Assembly: GCA_003693705.1 (NCBI GenBank)
Contig: RBZT01000198.1
Location: forward strand, 71,925 to 135,924
From: Polymyxa betae A26-41
Lineage: Eukaryota > Protista > Endomyxa: Phytomyxea
Direction of reading: 5' to 3'
DNA: 64,000 nt
Made by a program: the position numbers and the translations under genes
Notes under the pieces: model-generated
The model's input: the letters and a program-made list of their open reading frames with translations, nothing else
Told to the model about the DNA's origin: nothing
The model's database searches: none
Part shown: in pieces, positions 27,617 to 40,970 of the stretch
Layout: each line of letters starts with the position of its first letter
How positions within the stretch are numbered: position 1 is the stretch's first letter

Positions 27617-27996
27617 CGCTAGCCCACATACAACAGCAGAGTATATTCAGGATTCAATTCTATGACTACATGCCCTACATATACTGTCATCAGCGCCCTC
27701 CATTTCAATGAGATATTACTGTGCATAGTGACAATTAACAAGAGCATCAAAGATGGAAACCAAGCAGAGAGGAAAAGTGAAGAGTTAGAAGAGATCGATA
27801 ACAATAACTTAGGAAGTGGTGAGTATTAGGATGGAATCGATTGTTTAAGTAAGCACATATACATAGTGGGTCCCTCTGTGATTTATACAAGATGAAATGT
27901 GTTTATGTGACACGCAGCCCTGTTATCGTCGTGGCCATGATGACCTTTACTAGATTTTATGAACTCGATCCATATAGGCACAACCTTTGAACATAT

Positions 27997-29593
27997 ATGG
28001 GAGCATGCAATAGTGCTCAGACGTTAGCCAATAATCCTTCTGCTGCGCTCAGCTCTGTTCCGCAGGACTTCCTACGACCCAGTCTGAACAGAAAGTCTTA
28101 TACTGTACGTTCACCAGCTAATTACCCTGAGCGCACAAGATTCTCCTGCTCTTCAAGCAATGTATCGAGAAGTGATGCGAATGAATTTGGGAGAAAGAGA
28201 CAGAATAGCATCACCGTCGCCGCCAGAGCAGACATCCGACGGACTCCTATTTCAACGCTCGTCACTTCTCAGTCCCATACAGATGGCAATTCTCTGTGCC
28301 TTTCAGAAAAGATTTCATCGATTACGTCTCAATCAGAAGCTATCAATTCAATTTCTATTTGCACGGAACCCTCACCTACATGCTCTGATGTGATCTCGTC
28401 CAGCGAAATCACCGTTCAGCTCGTCTCACGCGAAACTGAAACACCTGGCGTAGCATTGATAGCAAGAGGTTCCGGTGCTGTTCAACCAACGGCAAGGGAG
28501 CGTCTCTTTGGAACCTTCGAGCACCGCAGCCCAGATTTCAAAGCATTCTGTAAGAACCTGTGAAGTCCTTAAACAACCAAATCTCATATTCACAGATTCT
28601 AGACCAGATGCTTTTCGATATGAAAATTCTCCATTTTTTAGGACTGTTGCTAAACACTTTCACCCTAATATGGAGTCAGGCACTCTTGAAGGGACGATAT
28701 ATAAAAAGAGGGAATTCGTTCTGCAATCGAGTGATGTCCAAGTACCAGAAGGTTTGTTACTAACAAACCAGCACAATTACTGAATAAAGGTCTGTTCAGG
28801 TGACTGTGAAAACCAATGGCTTGGTAAACATGGTAAGCAATGACCTTAAATTGCATCCAGCAACTGACACTTCGTCCTAATTAAGTTGTGCATTTCTACA
28901 ATTCGATTTCTATATTCTATCATCGAATAAGTCGCCTCTGTACAACCGAAACATGTCCTAAGATGCATGCAGGATCGCAAGTTGAGTTTCGCTGGCAAAA
29001 TGAGAAAGGACAAATCAGAACGGTGATTTCGATTTCTAATTTACAGATCAAGCCTGAATTCGATCTAGGTTTCTGCTCCAAAATACGTTAAACTGTTGTT
29101 TACTTGGATAGACAAACAAATATCAGATTCAAATATATTCCCGTTCCCTGAATCGAGAGGTAGTCAAAATAAGGAACATACATCATCTCCTTCCGAAAAT
29201 GAAGAACGGCCAGTATCGTCTGCTATCAATCAAATCGTGTTTCCAGATGAATTCCGAACTATAACAGCAAACATCTTAAGGGTAATGTCATAACGGTTGA
29301 AATATTTTATCCCAGCTGACGACCCTATAAGAAACTATGGCGAGTAATTGCTCATTTATATTATGGCCATTTCAAAAGAATCAGACTAATTGGGCTTGAA
29401 GATGAGGTCACTCACTATATTGATGTCCTCAGTCTCAATGAATTGATTTATGACACAGTTAAATTTCAGATTCTATCATTTGGCATTCTTTGCTTTAGAG
29501 TTTGATTTGCTGCCAACAACAGAACTTCGTCCGCTAAGATCTCTAATCGTCATGCGCTTACCAGAACACTTAACGTCTGGTATTCCATGGTGA
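27997..29593 (+). CDS. MOB1/phocein-family protein with N-terminal acylation motif and S-rich extension
   Basis: Starts MGAC. MOB core: HFYNSISIFY..CTTETCPKMHAG..FRW, SAPKYVKLLFTWIDKQISDSNIFP, LWRVIAHLYYGHF, EFDLLPTTELRPL. Confidence 0.85.
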
Positions 29594-29963
29594 ATGGAAT
29601 TATTATGCAGCGCATCGTTAACCGTATATGCGATTCAAATCCATCTCGATCTTGGAGAGGAATACTAACGTAGTCACACTACAGCTACAGATTAAAACTC
29701 GCAGTAAGGCAGTTGCGCTCACAAATTCAGTCACCTTGAAAGGAATAAAAAAAACCGAACATTCTCTTTCTTCAAATTACTCCAAACCTTGTAGAGTGTA
29801 CTATGGAAGCTGATAATACAACGATGCAAGTGCCAAAAATTTTGCAGCGATCGGTTCCTAAAACTCAATTTGCAATCAACGTTTGACAATCATTTGGGAC
29901 TTCTAGATAATCAGAGTGTCGTTATGTAAAGTTTATTGTACTAATAGCTATAGCTGCACGCGT

Positions 29964-31815
29964 TTAATATCGCTCGTAGACTAACAGGTATGCTTGCTGT
30001 GTCAAGACTGATTTGCTGGATGTAGGAGAACAATGTGAGTCACTAAAGTATAACCATTCAGGATGATCTTCAGTATTTCGTCTATACGAAATGTAATGAC
30101 CCCCTGCAAGACCTCCTTGGTGTACAACACAAGCAGATAACGAATATTTCAAGTCGCCATCTTCCGGAAATCTCATAAACTCGTTTAAGCAAAGATCCAG
30201 CGGAAACTAAAAACTCAGTTTAGACATATCAACCGGGAATTAACAAGATATCAGCATACATGAATACGTTTGTTTTGTTTGCTAAAGCGACGCCCTTCAG
30301 ACTGAAAACGTTTTAGGTGTAAAACAAGTACCTGAGGAGCTTTTTTGATAGAATATTTCTTACTGCAGCTGCTATGTTGACCGCATCGACTGCAATCATA
30401 AGCATCAGGGCCTTCAAGAACTTCAGCTGTGAAGAATGCCTTAAGACAATCTAATATCGAACATTCTCCAGCTAGTGATCCCACGGCATTTCTGAACAGG
30501 GTCTGGAGATACTGTTTCTCTTCAACTTCAGAGCAGGCCGGTATTATTGTCACCATCACACAACCATCCTCGTCTACATCGAGACTAATATGGATTGGTT
30601 TTGGACTAACAGCTCGTGAGTATTTAGCTGGCCTTTTCTTTCGGACCTGAAAATGAGGATCGATGGGAAGTGAAAGATCATAATAAGGCTCAACAATTTC
30701 TGAAATTTGATGACACCTCAAGCAGGTAATCTGAGAGTGAAGAAGCCCTCCAAATATATCGTCAACTAATGATATAACTGGTTGCGACTGTGATTGCATT
30801 AGATTGCAGAATTGAGATGATCCATTATAGAGATCTTTAACCGATTGCTCAAATGCAAGTCGCTGATAGTCTGCCAGCAATTCCATGAACGGTTTGAATG
30901 GATAATCAATAAGCAGAGAAGATAGGTCGAATGGCATATCTTCAAGAGCCTGGACTTCCAGATCTGGAACAGAATTCAATAAAAATGTTCTGATGACATT
31001 TTCAGGCCAAGCCTTCCAGCAATTGTTCGAAATTTGTTGACGCTCATCAATATACTCTTCGTATAGAGAAGACAACAGACATCTTAAGAGCTCGTGCGAA
31101 TCCTGTTGTTGTTTGCCTTGAAATCTCTTGTGCTTCTTTGCGATGGCTTTCAGAAACTGGCCAGGATGAACAGCAGAGAGTTCAGACTTGGACATGAGAT
31201 TCTCAGCAAGAATGCGAAATTCTCGATGCGTCTGATGGTGAGCTAAAAAATTTGGAGAACCAAAACGCTCCTGCAGCGGCCTATAATCAAGCTGAGAAGA
31301 TTTGAACCAGATCGCAAGCTTAAGATCGTTTACCTTAATGTAGATATAGCTTGCATTAATGCTGCAAGATAGCATGTGTTACCAATATTCTGTATTCCAC
31401 GTCCATAAAGATTATGAGTCGGTTGTCTTACTGCAACTTTGCCATTAGTGTGGCTATCAGAAGAATGTTCATTAACCACATTAGGAGCCGACCGACATGA
31501 TAAATTCTTCAGCTTTCTCTTGAGGTCTGCTTTAAAGGAGCATTTATCAAAAGATATCTCTAAAGAGCAAACATGACAAATGAAAATCTTGAGGTTTACA
31601 GAAAAAGAGAGGACGTGGTTATTGGTGGAGGAGTGAGATCCAGCATGATCTTGATGAGAAGGGCCACAACGAGCATGAAAGCAGGACAAACAAATTATCA
31701 AGTCCTTTTGGGGTTCCTTACAATCTACACAAAGTTTGAGACATTTTTTGGGAATACCGGTAGCTCCTTGCTGCATGAATTGAACCAGATGATGACACTG
31801 CTTCCCTGCACCCAT
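29964..31815 (-). CDS. Ubiquitin-specific protease with ZnF-UBP (USP16/45-like)
   Basis: ZnF-UBP (CVDC..ICLSCFHARCG..HAGSH), Cys box GIQNIGNTCY, QQDSHELLR, LHLKRF, His box VVHQGGLAGGHYISY. Confidence 0.92.
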
Positions 31816-31910
31816 TAATGTTGAACATTGAAATCCTTTGACCGATCCGCATTTTTACCTGGTGTGATGAATTGATGATGTATTGTTGTAGTGTAACATT
31901 GCTATAAATA

Positions 31911-32762
31911 CAGGCCTCGTTAAACCTGGCAAATGCCAGAATTACCAAAAATAGCTTATTTTTGGCACCAGATCTGGCTCTAATTTTGGAATTTTTGGAA
32001 TTGCTAGAAAATCAGCCAGAAAGCGTGGTTTATTAAATTTTATATCATCAATTTCATGATTGTTTCATACTGTTTTGATTGCATCACTCTTTCAAGTGAA
32101 AAGATCAGCAATTGACTGGCGGTACTCGTTTTCCACCCTAGAGTGGAGAAGTCCTACTCGACAGTGGAAGTATTTGGAGACAGAGTTGCCAAGGCTCCTG
32201 CAAATGATTGCAGTGTGGGGAATCAGGTCTTTGACCAGAAGCCATGATTGCCGGAATGAAGCCGTGGTATTGTGTAATAATTATCCCAAACTCACGACCA
32301 CGCAGACGGCAAAGCTTATGGGGGGAAACGGTGGGATTGCAGTGGTCGATTGGGTTGTTTTTGAATCTCTCAAAGCATAAAATTTTGCAACTCCGTCAAC
32401 AAACCCCACCAAAAGCTGTCCCTGCCACATTTGCTGATCCCATTTGGCCATTTTCTTTTTTATTATTGCGGAAATAAACAATCCTTGGTCTTTAAGAAAT
32501 CATGAAACATCATCATGGAAGACAGAAAAAGACCCAGAATGCTCATGCTGTTCACGACCAGCGATTTCCTCAGGCGAAAGCGGCCCAAAAACTTCACTAT
32601 AGGCTGAACGACGAGTATCAATCGTTGAAGCTTTGCTTTCTGTTCAAAACCGCTATCATTTTTACTGCTTAATTTTGGCATATTTTTTTCCTTAATTTTG
32701 GTAAATTTGGCATCTATTAATAGTTTGCCAAATTAATAGTTTGCCAAATTTAACGAGGCCTG
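31911..32762 (-). mobile_element. Internally deleted hAT-like DNA transposon
   Basis: TIRs CAGGCCTCGTTAAA(CC/TT)TGGCAAA match 21/23. Flanks ctataaata / ctataata fit an 8-bp TSD with one indel. Subterminal repeats TAATAGTTTGCCAAAT x2. Minus-strand decayed dimerisation domain FPTLQSFAGALATLSPNTSTVE*DFSTLGW..SLERVMQSKQY. Confidence 0.88.
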
Positions 32763-33285
32763 CTATAATACATCCCTCTTTGAATACATCTCATATACAG
32801 TATAGTGTGTGTATTCATTCATGTGCTGATAGTGTATTCAACTATAGGTTATCTTCTAATATTCATATCATCATACTATTACCGACTATGTATAGACTCG
32901 GGCTATTTAGACATCAGACAACTCTGTTACCTTCGTCTATCCTAACTGAATTACTAGTTAACTGTCCCAATATTTGCGATAAACACATCAAACATTAAAA
33001 TGCTTTAATTTGTTGAACATTGGATGTCAAGAATCTGATGTGCAATGCAAAGTTTTCAAATAAATTCTTCTAACCATCTGACTAGCCACAGTTTTTTACG
33101 TTTGTTAGGAGAAGCTTGTTTTCAGCATCAGGTCGATACTCGTATTTCAGATTATATTGCTTAAAGTAGTGATCTGATGGCGAGATAGACTGTAGAAATC
33201 TTTTCTGCAGTACAATTCAAGTAATATGTTCTCTTGAATAGATTTTGCGCTGAATTTTGGGACTTCTCAGTATAGATTATTATCA

Positions 33286-35749
33286 ATGGCGAGTGGGATG
33301 ATGACATTATCAGAGTCAACCCATCTCATATCTAATACTGATCATGTATCTATTGCATCTGAACTACAACCTGAACAAGATCCACAACTACCAATACAGT
33401 CTCAACCAGATCAACATATCCATCCAGCTCAGATTGGAGATCATGACCGTATCTGGGTAATTCGTACAACAGGCGAAATGTTTCGAACCTACAGTGAATA
33501 TATCAATCGTATAGCAGATCTGCGACGTCCTGTTTATGAATGTCCATTATCAGGACGTACTGGTCTGAGATATGAAGAGACGTTATCAGGCAGCCGATTG
33601 GTTGAGGAGCGTCTTAGCAGTTTCCCATCTGAGCTCACGAAACAGTTTTTAGATCATGTTCATCATCGCACATCTAAACTGAATGATCTCATCAATTCTG
33701 TCTATAAGATTCTTGATGGTACTGTTTCGAAACAGCTCATCAAGTTGAAGATTAAACAGACCACACAACGAGCACCACATTCAAAAGCACCTTGGGTTGT
33801 ACATGCTGATTTACTTAAAGAATTTGGTATTGACGATAAACCACTCTCTGAAGAAGCTCAGGTTTATAGGTTTGACATCCAATTGTTGCGGTTTCTTTCT
33901 GATATTGTTCGGTGTCATAGGATATATTGGACGCTTGGAAATCTGGCAAACCACTACGTCGGCGTGGTGGTGCTGGACCACCACCTACTGTCAGCGATGA
34001 CGTCGCTGTTAATGAAAAAACTCTACTTGAAGATACTGAGATTGCTGATTTTGATAAATTCCATCCTCCTGAAATCTGTCATGCACCTGAATGGGTCTTA
34101 AACTCAAATCTTGGTATCAATTTTATCTCTATTTCTTGGTTGTTTCAAGCTGATGCTGTTGTAGATTCGTTTCGAGATATCTATATGGGATGGAATTTCA
34201 TTCATCGATTCCATCGCGATGTGGCTGTTTCCAGGTTCTCATTTCAGGAATGGCTCGAGGCTGTTCATCATCCTGATTCATCGAAAATTTACTTTGAAGT
34301 AAGCTGCTATGGTTTTTTTTATTTGAATAATTTCTAATGTAATGTCAGGTTGTAGACTCCTTGATTCATCTATTGCGATTTGGGAAACCTGCAACAGGTC
34401 CAAGTTCATCAATCGAAATTGAACAGGTTTTACTCAATTTCTATAACAAAGCTATCTGTTTTAAACCTCTCATTCAGATAATCAAGATTCTGTTACCTGC
34501 TCACGAAGCAATGGAAGAACTGATTGGAACTGGTCTTAAATTCATGAACGAAATCTCAGTTCTGGAATCCGTTGAACAGCTATTTTCAGCTCCAGCAAAA
34601 GTTAGGTGAGTTCATATTTCATGCCTCAAATCTCAACTTTTAGCTGATTGCGTTTAGAGCGTTTATTGTTCGGCAATTGTGTGATCAGGCACTAAGCTCT
34701 GAGCACATTCGTGCCGTTATCGACAATGATGTTGTTGTTCGACAAGAGCTAAAGCAATCCCAGAAAAGTCAGCTGAATGACGAAAGGAAAGATTTGAAGA
34801 AACAGAAAGCTCTGATTAAGCAGGTTCGCTAATACTATACAAGTTACGACAGAGTTTCTGATATTCGATTCAGGAAAAGCAGAATTTGGCTCAAAGTAAA
34901 TCTACTAATCTGGTAGAACAAGTTCGGCAAAGCATGGCTTCTGAAATTGGTGCTGATGTGAGCTGTTTGGAATCTTGTTATGCCATTTCTAATTTTTGGG
35001 ATCGTAGGGTAATCCTAAATCACGTCAGAAGATCATCGCTGAACAAAAACAATTAAAAGCAGCCGAAGCCGAGCAACGTGCTGCTGAACTAGAGCAGCAG
35101 AAGGTCATATTTCTGTTATACCTTTTTTTACTTCTCACCTCAGTTTAGGCAGAATCTCGGATCAAAATGCTAGAACAAAAATATGATGCTGCAGTGAAGG
35201 TCGCACGATTTAATTCTAGAGTTGCAACGTTGTAATTCCATATAGGACGCCGGAAGAAGCAACCAATGCTTATCTTTGATCAAAATGCTGAAACTGCAAG
35301 TTCGTGGTTCGCCTTTGGGGTTGGATCGTTTCCATAATGAGTATTACTGGAGCCCAGAATCGCAGGTATTGGTTATTTTGTTGATTAAACCCAAGAGTCT
35401 TGATATCTGTGGTTAGGGATTGATGGTTGTTGTACGTCCATCAGGAGTTTGGGGTTGGTATGATTCTCCTGAACAGATTAACTCTCTTTGCGAGTTCTTG
35501 TCTGACAAGGGTATTCGGGAATCGGCATTTCTGGAAAAGCTCAGAATTCTTCAGCAATATATTGTCGACGAACTGCAAGCGGAAGTGTCTTCTGACAAGG
35601 TTTGCTGTTCTATATCTGATTTGCAAAACGCCACTGAGTTAGGCTAGAACCTGGGTCCTGAAGGCAGCAAGCCCGTCAAACGAAAAACAAGAGCAAATCG
35701 GGAGAATGAAGGAGCGTGGAGTAATAAGCTTAGGCGAATGTCTCAATAA
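33286..35749 (+). CDS. ISWI accessory subunit, ACF1/BAZ1A/Itc1-like (WAC-DDT-WHIM/WSD)
   Basis: WAC (IWVIRTTGEMFRTYSEY..YECPLSGRTGLRYEE), DDT (YMGWNFIHRF), WSD (PLGLDRFHNEYYW..WGWYDSPEQINSLCEFLSDKGIRES). Confidence 0.88.
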
Positions 35750-35872
35750 TATCAATGAATAGTTATATGTTTCTAGATGTCACAGTTTAGATATCCTTGA
35801 AAGCTCAACAGCAGACAGACAAATCCGAAATATATTAGGCATTCGAAAAATGGCCAGATTAATTGATCAGTA

Positions 35873-37487
35873 TCATGTTGGTGATGGTGATCTACCACGA
35901 GACCAAGAACGCGATCTTGATGCTCTTCTATATGATCTCTCAACAGAAGGAGAACTTGAATCATAATATCGACTTGAGCGGGATCGATAATGTTCTCCAG
36001 AACGAGATCGCGATCGTGATGCTTTTTTTCTTGAACCACGCTCTCGTCTGCCTCTATCATGCATCATTTTTCTACCGCGACCTGGCTCTTGATTGTTAGT
36101 TAAGGCATCCAGGTCATCATAGAAATCGTCTAAAAGGTCAGCTTCCGTGCCGTAATCTCGATCGTTGCCAAGATGGGTCCTGCGTGCTAAAGCCGAAAAT
36201 GCCAACTGATTAAGCGTTGTATAAGGAGGAGCTTTTTTACATGCTTCAATAACTTCACTTGGTAGAACTGAACAAGAGTTAAAAGTATGCCAAAGACGAG
36301 CGAGGAAGTCGACCGATGAACGTGCTGGCAAGAATAACATTCGGTGGCAAATGAGGCAGCTCAGGACGAAATTCTGGAGGATCGAAATTGTCGCGACCTC
36401 GTTTTGGTGTGGCAATCTCCATAATCATCTGTACACGTAGTACATCACATGTAGCTGGAGGTATTATAGACCTCTGTCTCCATAAATCGACAACAGATTC
36501 AACCTAAGCGAGAACTCATGTGATTTCGCATACAGTAACAATACGATTTAATTAACCTGTTGCTGGTTTGATGGAGAGTTCATAGCATAGACCCGTTGCA
36601 ACATTGGTCCTAGATGGCCACAGCATTCTAGAATAACGGGATGCGGCGTCGCCAACGCTCCTTGGTCATGTTTGGCGCGGTGCAATATCTCGCTGATTAG
36701 ATATAAAAGTGCCAATTTGGAGTGGAACTCTAAAGAGCATAAAGCTATATCCATTGAATTTGCAACGAGCGGGTACCTTGCGGCTCAAATCCAAAAGACA
36801 TCATTTTGGATTTAATGGAGAGAATACAATCACGACAGTTCTCTTTGGACAGCTGGCATCTGAACAGCCAATCACAAGCCATTTTAACCGATTGTTTGGA
36901 CACATCAATTGACGCTACAATTGAATTCCACTCGTCAATAGAAAAATTGGCATTGTTCTGCTGTGTAGACGGAAGATCGCTACCGCTCGAATTCCGAGTC
37001 TAATCGAATGGTAAACAACCGAGTTAATTACGATGAGAAACGTGCAAACTTGAGGAGTTGCTTGAAACGAAGAAGGATGAATAACAGGAGCTGGATGATA
37101 TGGAGCAGAGATAGGACCTGGTGCAATTCCTGCATGTTTACTGAATTGATTCTGTTGAACCGCCCAGCGATAATATTGATAATCTGGAGAATTTCTATCA
37201 AACAGAAAACGAAATTCTGAATTAAATCGCTGTTCCTTCATAATCATCGACTCGAAATCAGGACCTTTCTCAAACGTCAAAAAAATGGCACAAAAATTTC
37301 AACAGAGCACGAAGCACCATTTCGAGCTGTATAAGCAGCAAGGCGGTCAATTGCTGCACGAATATCTGGATCTGGAGATGGACCGAAGGTTAGAACAAGC
37401 ATAAGAGATCCTCAGTAAAATACTAGTTGGAGGTGGTGGCGGTAATGGCATAGCAGATCTTGGATATGGTAATTGATTAGAGATCAT
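35873..37487 (-). CDS. SURP + CID + RS-domain splicing factor (CHERP-like)
   Basis: SURP (IDRLAAYTARNGPDFESMI..FRFLF..YQYYRW), CID (KLALLYLISEILH), C-terminal RS repeats. Confidence 0.8.
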
Positions 37488-37608
37488 GTTCTAATATGAG
37501 AATCAAACAAGAGAGCAGATGTTGAAAAGATATTTATAAAAGCCAGTAATGACACAGCGCGCACAACATTTCACACAATTGCGCTGTCACGCAAATACTT
37601 TTTACCCA

Positions 37609-39020
37609 ATGTCTTTTACTGCATCTGTTCGTATAACAGATCTTGATGATTATATCAGTCCTGCAGCAGAATGTATAATCCCTATCAAACCTGTAAAATC
37701 TGACCAGGTAAACACAGCAGTCGGCATCAAAGCGGAACCTGAATGTTCTGTCAGGTGTTACCATTCTCCCAAATTTCTCCGAAAGAGTCGACCTCTGCAA
37801 AAATCACATTGAATGATTGTCTTGCTTGTAGTGGGTGTATTACATCAGCTGAGACAGTTCTTATCAATCAGCATTCTATCGAGACGTTAAACAAAGTGCT
37901 TGCCGAGCCAGGCAGAACAGTAATCTTCTCCATCTCTCCACAATCTCGTGCTTCGATTGCTGCCCGATTCAATCTCGATCTAACCGCAGCATTCAAAAAG
38001 TTGACAAATTTTTTGAAACTTTATCTCAAAGCTAGTCATGTTTTCGACGCGGGCTTGGCAACCGATATCTCTTTAGTGGAGCAAAGTCGTGAATTCGTTA
38101 AGCGATTTCAGAAAGCGAAATTGAGACAGAATCCCTGCGATCTGTTACCATTATTAACATCGGAATGTCCTGGGTGGATTTGCTATTCTGAAAAGACTCA
38201 AGCTTCTGTATTACCTTATATCAGTACTGTGAGAAGTGCACAGCAGATCCTTGGTGCTGCTGTTAAACGATTTCTTCCACTTCAAAGTGTCTATCATGTA
38301 TGTATAATGCCATGCTTTGATAAGAAATTGGAAGCTGCCAGGGCTGAATTTAGCAATGATATCGACTTGGTATTATCGACATCAGAGATCAGCTCTTTGA
38401 TCGAAGAGAAAGTTTCGGATTTGAATTGTGTGGAGCCCAGTCCACTTGAAGATAATTTTCTTCTCAATATGAAATCTGAGAAGATCATTGGCGTTGAAGA
38501 CCATTTAGGATCTGGCGCCTTTCTCTCCTACACTTTCCGATATGCTGCAAAGAAGCTTTTCAATATCGATATTCATGGTCCACTGACATTTAAGCCAGTC
38601 GGTCGTAATGCTGACTTCCAAGAGACATGCTTAGTGGTCGATGGAGTCAAAGTTTTAAGATTCGCCTATGCTTACGGATTTCGAAATATTCAGAATCTGG
38701 TTCGAAAGATCAATTCTGGTACATGCCCGTATCATTTTGTGGAAGTTATGGCATGTCCTTCTGGTTGTTTGAATGGTGGCGGCCAAATACGATCAGTTCA
38801 GACTGGTCCGAAATATCAGAAGGAACTGCTGGGTCGGGTTGCTGAGATCTACAACCAATTCGAATGTCATGATCCCGAATCGGGACCTTTACCCTTACAG
38901 TTATACGATAACTGGATTCCGAGCGCAGAGCCAGGATCTGATGCTGTTAAAGACTTGCTTCACACTTCTTACAAAGCCATGCAGCAACCATCCAGGAGTG
39001 CTTTGCTGGAGAAATGGTGA
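37609..39020 (+). CDS. NAR1: Cytosolic Fe-S assembly factor NAR1/NARFL (hydrogenase-like)
   Basis: DLDDYISPAAECI, LNDCLACSGCITSAE, SECPGWICYSEK, MPCFDKKLEA, EVMACPSGCLNGGGQ and a terminal Trp. Confidence 0.95.
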
Positions 39021-39142
39021 AAGTGATTCAATCGCTGCGTAAGAATAAATATCTATTTATTATGTAGATCAATAATAATACTGTATAATAATACTTAAAT
39101 ACAGTAGCATGTTGGGATGATATTAATCCTGTATCAATACTA

Positions 39143-40221
39143 CTAATCAGAATCTGAGCTGGCGTAATGGCTGCCAACCAGCGAACCATTTTTTTTTCTT
39201 GCATTTTGTTTAGCTGATGATATCCTTCTAACTGAGACTTCCACAGACGATTTCTTTGCAGATTCTGAACGAATAGCTTTCAAATCGATATTTTTTTTCA
39301 GTACCAGATTCACGGCAGTTCGTCTTCGGTCTGGTTGTTTAAATATGGGTGCGGTTGTCAGAGCAAGCCTTTTGAGTTTTCGTTGGTCGGATCCCATCGG
39401 CCTTCCAAACCAAACCGAAGATGCTTGTTTGTCATCGTTCTCTGAAGGACGTAGAAGGGGATAAGGAAGGAAACTTCGTTGAGATTCTTTATGCTCCTCA
39501 GCTGACGATTTCTTGGCTTCTCTTAATGTTTTCCGCAGCTTCCTTGATAAAGAATAATCATCAAGAAGTTGGCTTTGCTGGTGGATAAGCTCTCGGATTT
39601 CATCCGCCTCAATATCGGCCTTCTTTTTGTTTGCTCCTCTTCTATCCAATGCAAACATGGGATCGTTATGCATTTTATCTCGAGTTGCATCGTCCAAAAA
39701 TTCAATAGTTCCAGCTTCCTCAGCATCGAAGTCCTCCGTTTTACGACGACCTCCAAATGCAACGACATATTCGGTATTCTTCGGGTCAGTTTGAATTTGG
39801 ATCAAATTGGAACATGAAGGACACTTCATGGAGAATTCCCATATTTTCGTTGTGAAGTAATTTCCGATAGCTTTCTTTTCTGCATTGAATCTTACACCTA
39901 ACGTGACCGTTTGTCAAACGATTGAAGTCATTTGCTTTTGGATATGGACCTTTAGCAATATGACGTTCACATTGTCCACACCATATATTGAAGGGCATTT
40001 CGAATCGAACAACAAGAATCCCCTGATCAAGTTTCCTAGCTCGATCTCGTAGAGGATGCTGCCCTCGAAACTGGTTGATCGATCCTGAGCGAAAACTGGT
40101 AAGAGTCCGGGCACGACAACCATTTACAAGCTATAAACCCATCAAAAACAGTATGAAGGATACCTTTGGAAGGATCCCATGATGGTGGATAATACTTATT
40201 GACTGCCTTTCGTTCAGCCAT
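39143..40221 (-). CDS. Splicing factor YJU2/CCDC130 (CWC16 family)
   Basis: MAERKAVNKYYPPSWDPSK, RFEMPFNIWCGQC, FNAEKK, MKCPSC..IQTDPKNTEY. Confidence 0.92.
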
Positions 40222-40351
40222 GATGATTAATGCAGATGTGGAAGATGAAGACAGACAGGACGACAAATGCTGCGTAATAATAAATCAGTAATAAGGAGTA
40301 TTGTAATGTTACATTAATATCATGTCTGTCATTATACATTATACATTCATC

Positions 40352-40910
40352 ATGTTAACATGTCGTTATATGATGAACATTCAGGGTCTCAGGTTTATAG
40401 GCTCCATTACAGATCGAGCTATTGTCCCGCTTGATCAAATCAATGTGGCTTTCTCAAGATCGTCCGGACCGGGAGGCCAAAATGTCGCTGCTTTGCTCGA
40501 TCTTGAAATGAATGTTAACGGTTTTATTAGGTCAATAAAGTCAATACAAAGGTTGAAATTAGATTCAATGTTGATCAAGCATCTTGGCTGAGCGATTATG
40601 CTAAAGCTCGACTTAAAGAGCATCAAAATAAGCGCATCAACAAGGCTAATGAGATAATTGTTACTTCCATGGTCTTCAGATCACAACATCGTAATCTACA
40701 GGATGCTTTGAAAAAATTACAGTAGGTGGCGATATCGACACTCAATGCCTTTGTTAATTCTTGGCCAGATCTTACATTGATGATGCATATAAAGCCCCTA
40801 AAGAGCGGATTGTGACCGTTAAGCCTGTATCTGCTGTTGAGACTCGTCTCAAAGACAAGCACGTCAGATCTGTGAAGAAACTTTGGCGGAAGAGACCTAC
40901 TGAAGATTAA
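40352..40910 (+). CDS. Peptidyl-tRNA hydrolase ICT1/ArfB (mL62), probably mitochondrial
   Basis: FSRSSGPGGQN|VNKVNTKVEIRF, RSQHRNLQDALKKL and a basic C-tail. Two introns. Start is 40322 or 40352. Confidence 0.9.
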
Positions 40911-40970
40911 GACTCTGTAAACAGTGAGATGTGATCGCAACCGGTTGTAATACTTTATTTAACCTTCAAA

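Noticed and set aside
31330-31375. Apparent frameshifts between overlapping ORFs in USP (also RIO2, SNF1, RPL3)
   Set aside because: Each is resolved by a 48-53-nt GT-AG intron. No programmed frameshift or stop-codon reassignment is needed.
37609-39020. [FeFe]-hydrogenase-like motifs suggesting anaerobic hydrogen metabolism
   Set aside because: The N-terminal DLDDYI..C motif and terminal Trp identify the universal CIA factor NAR1.
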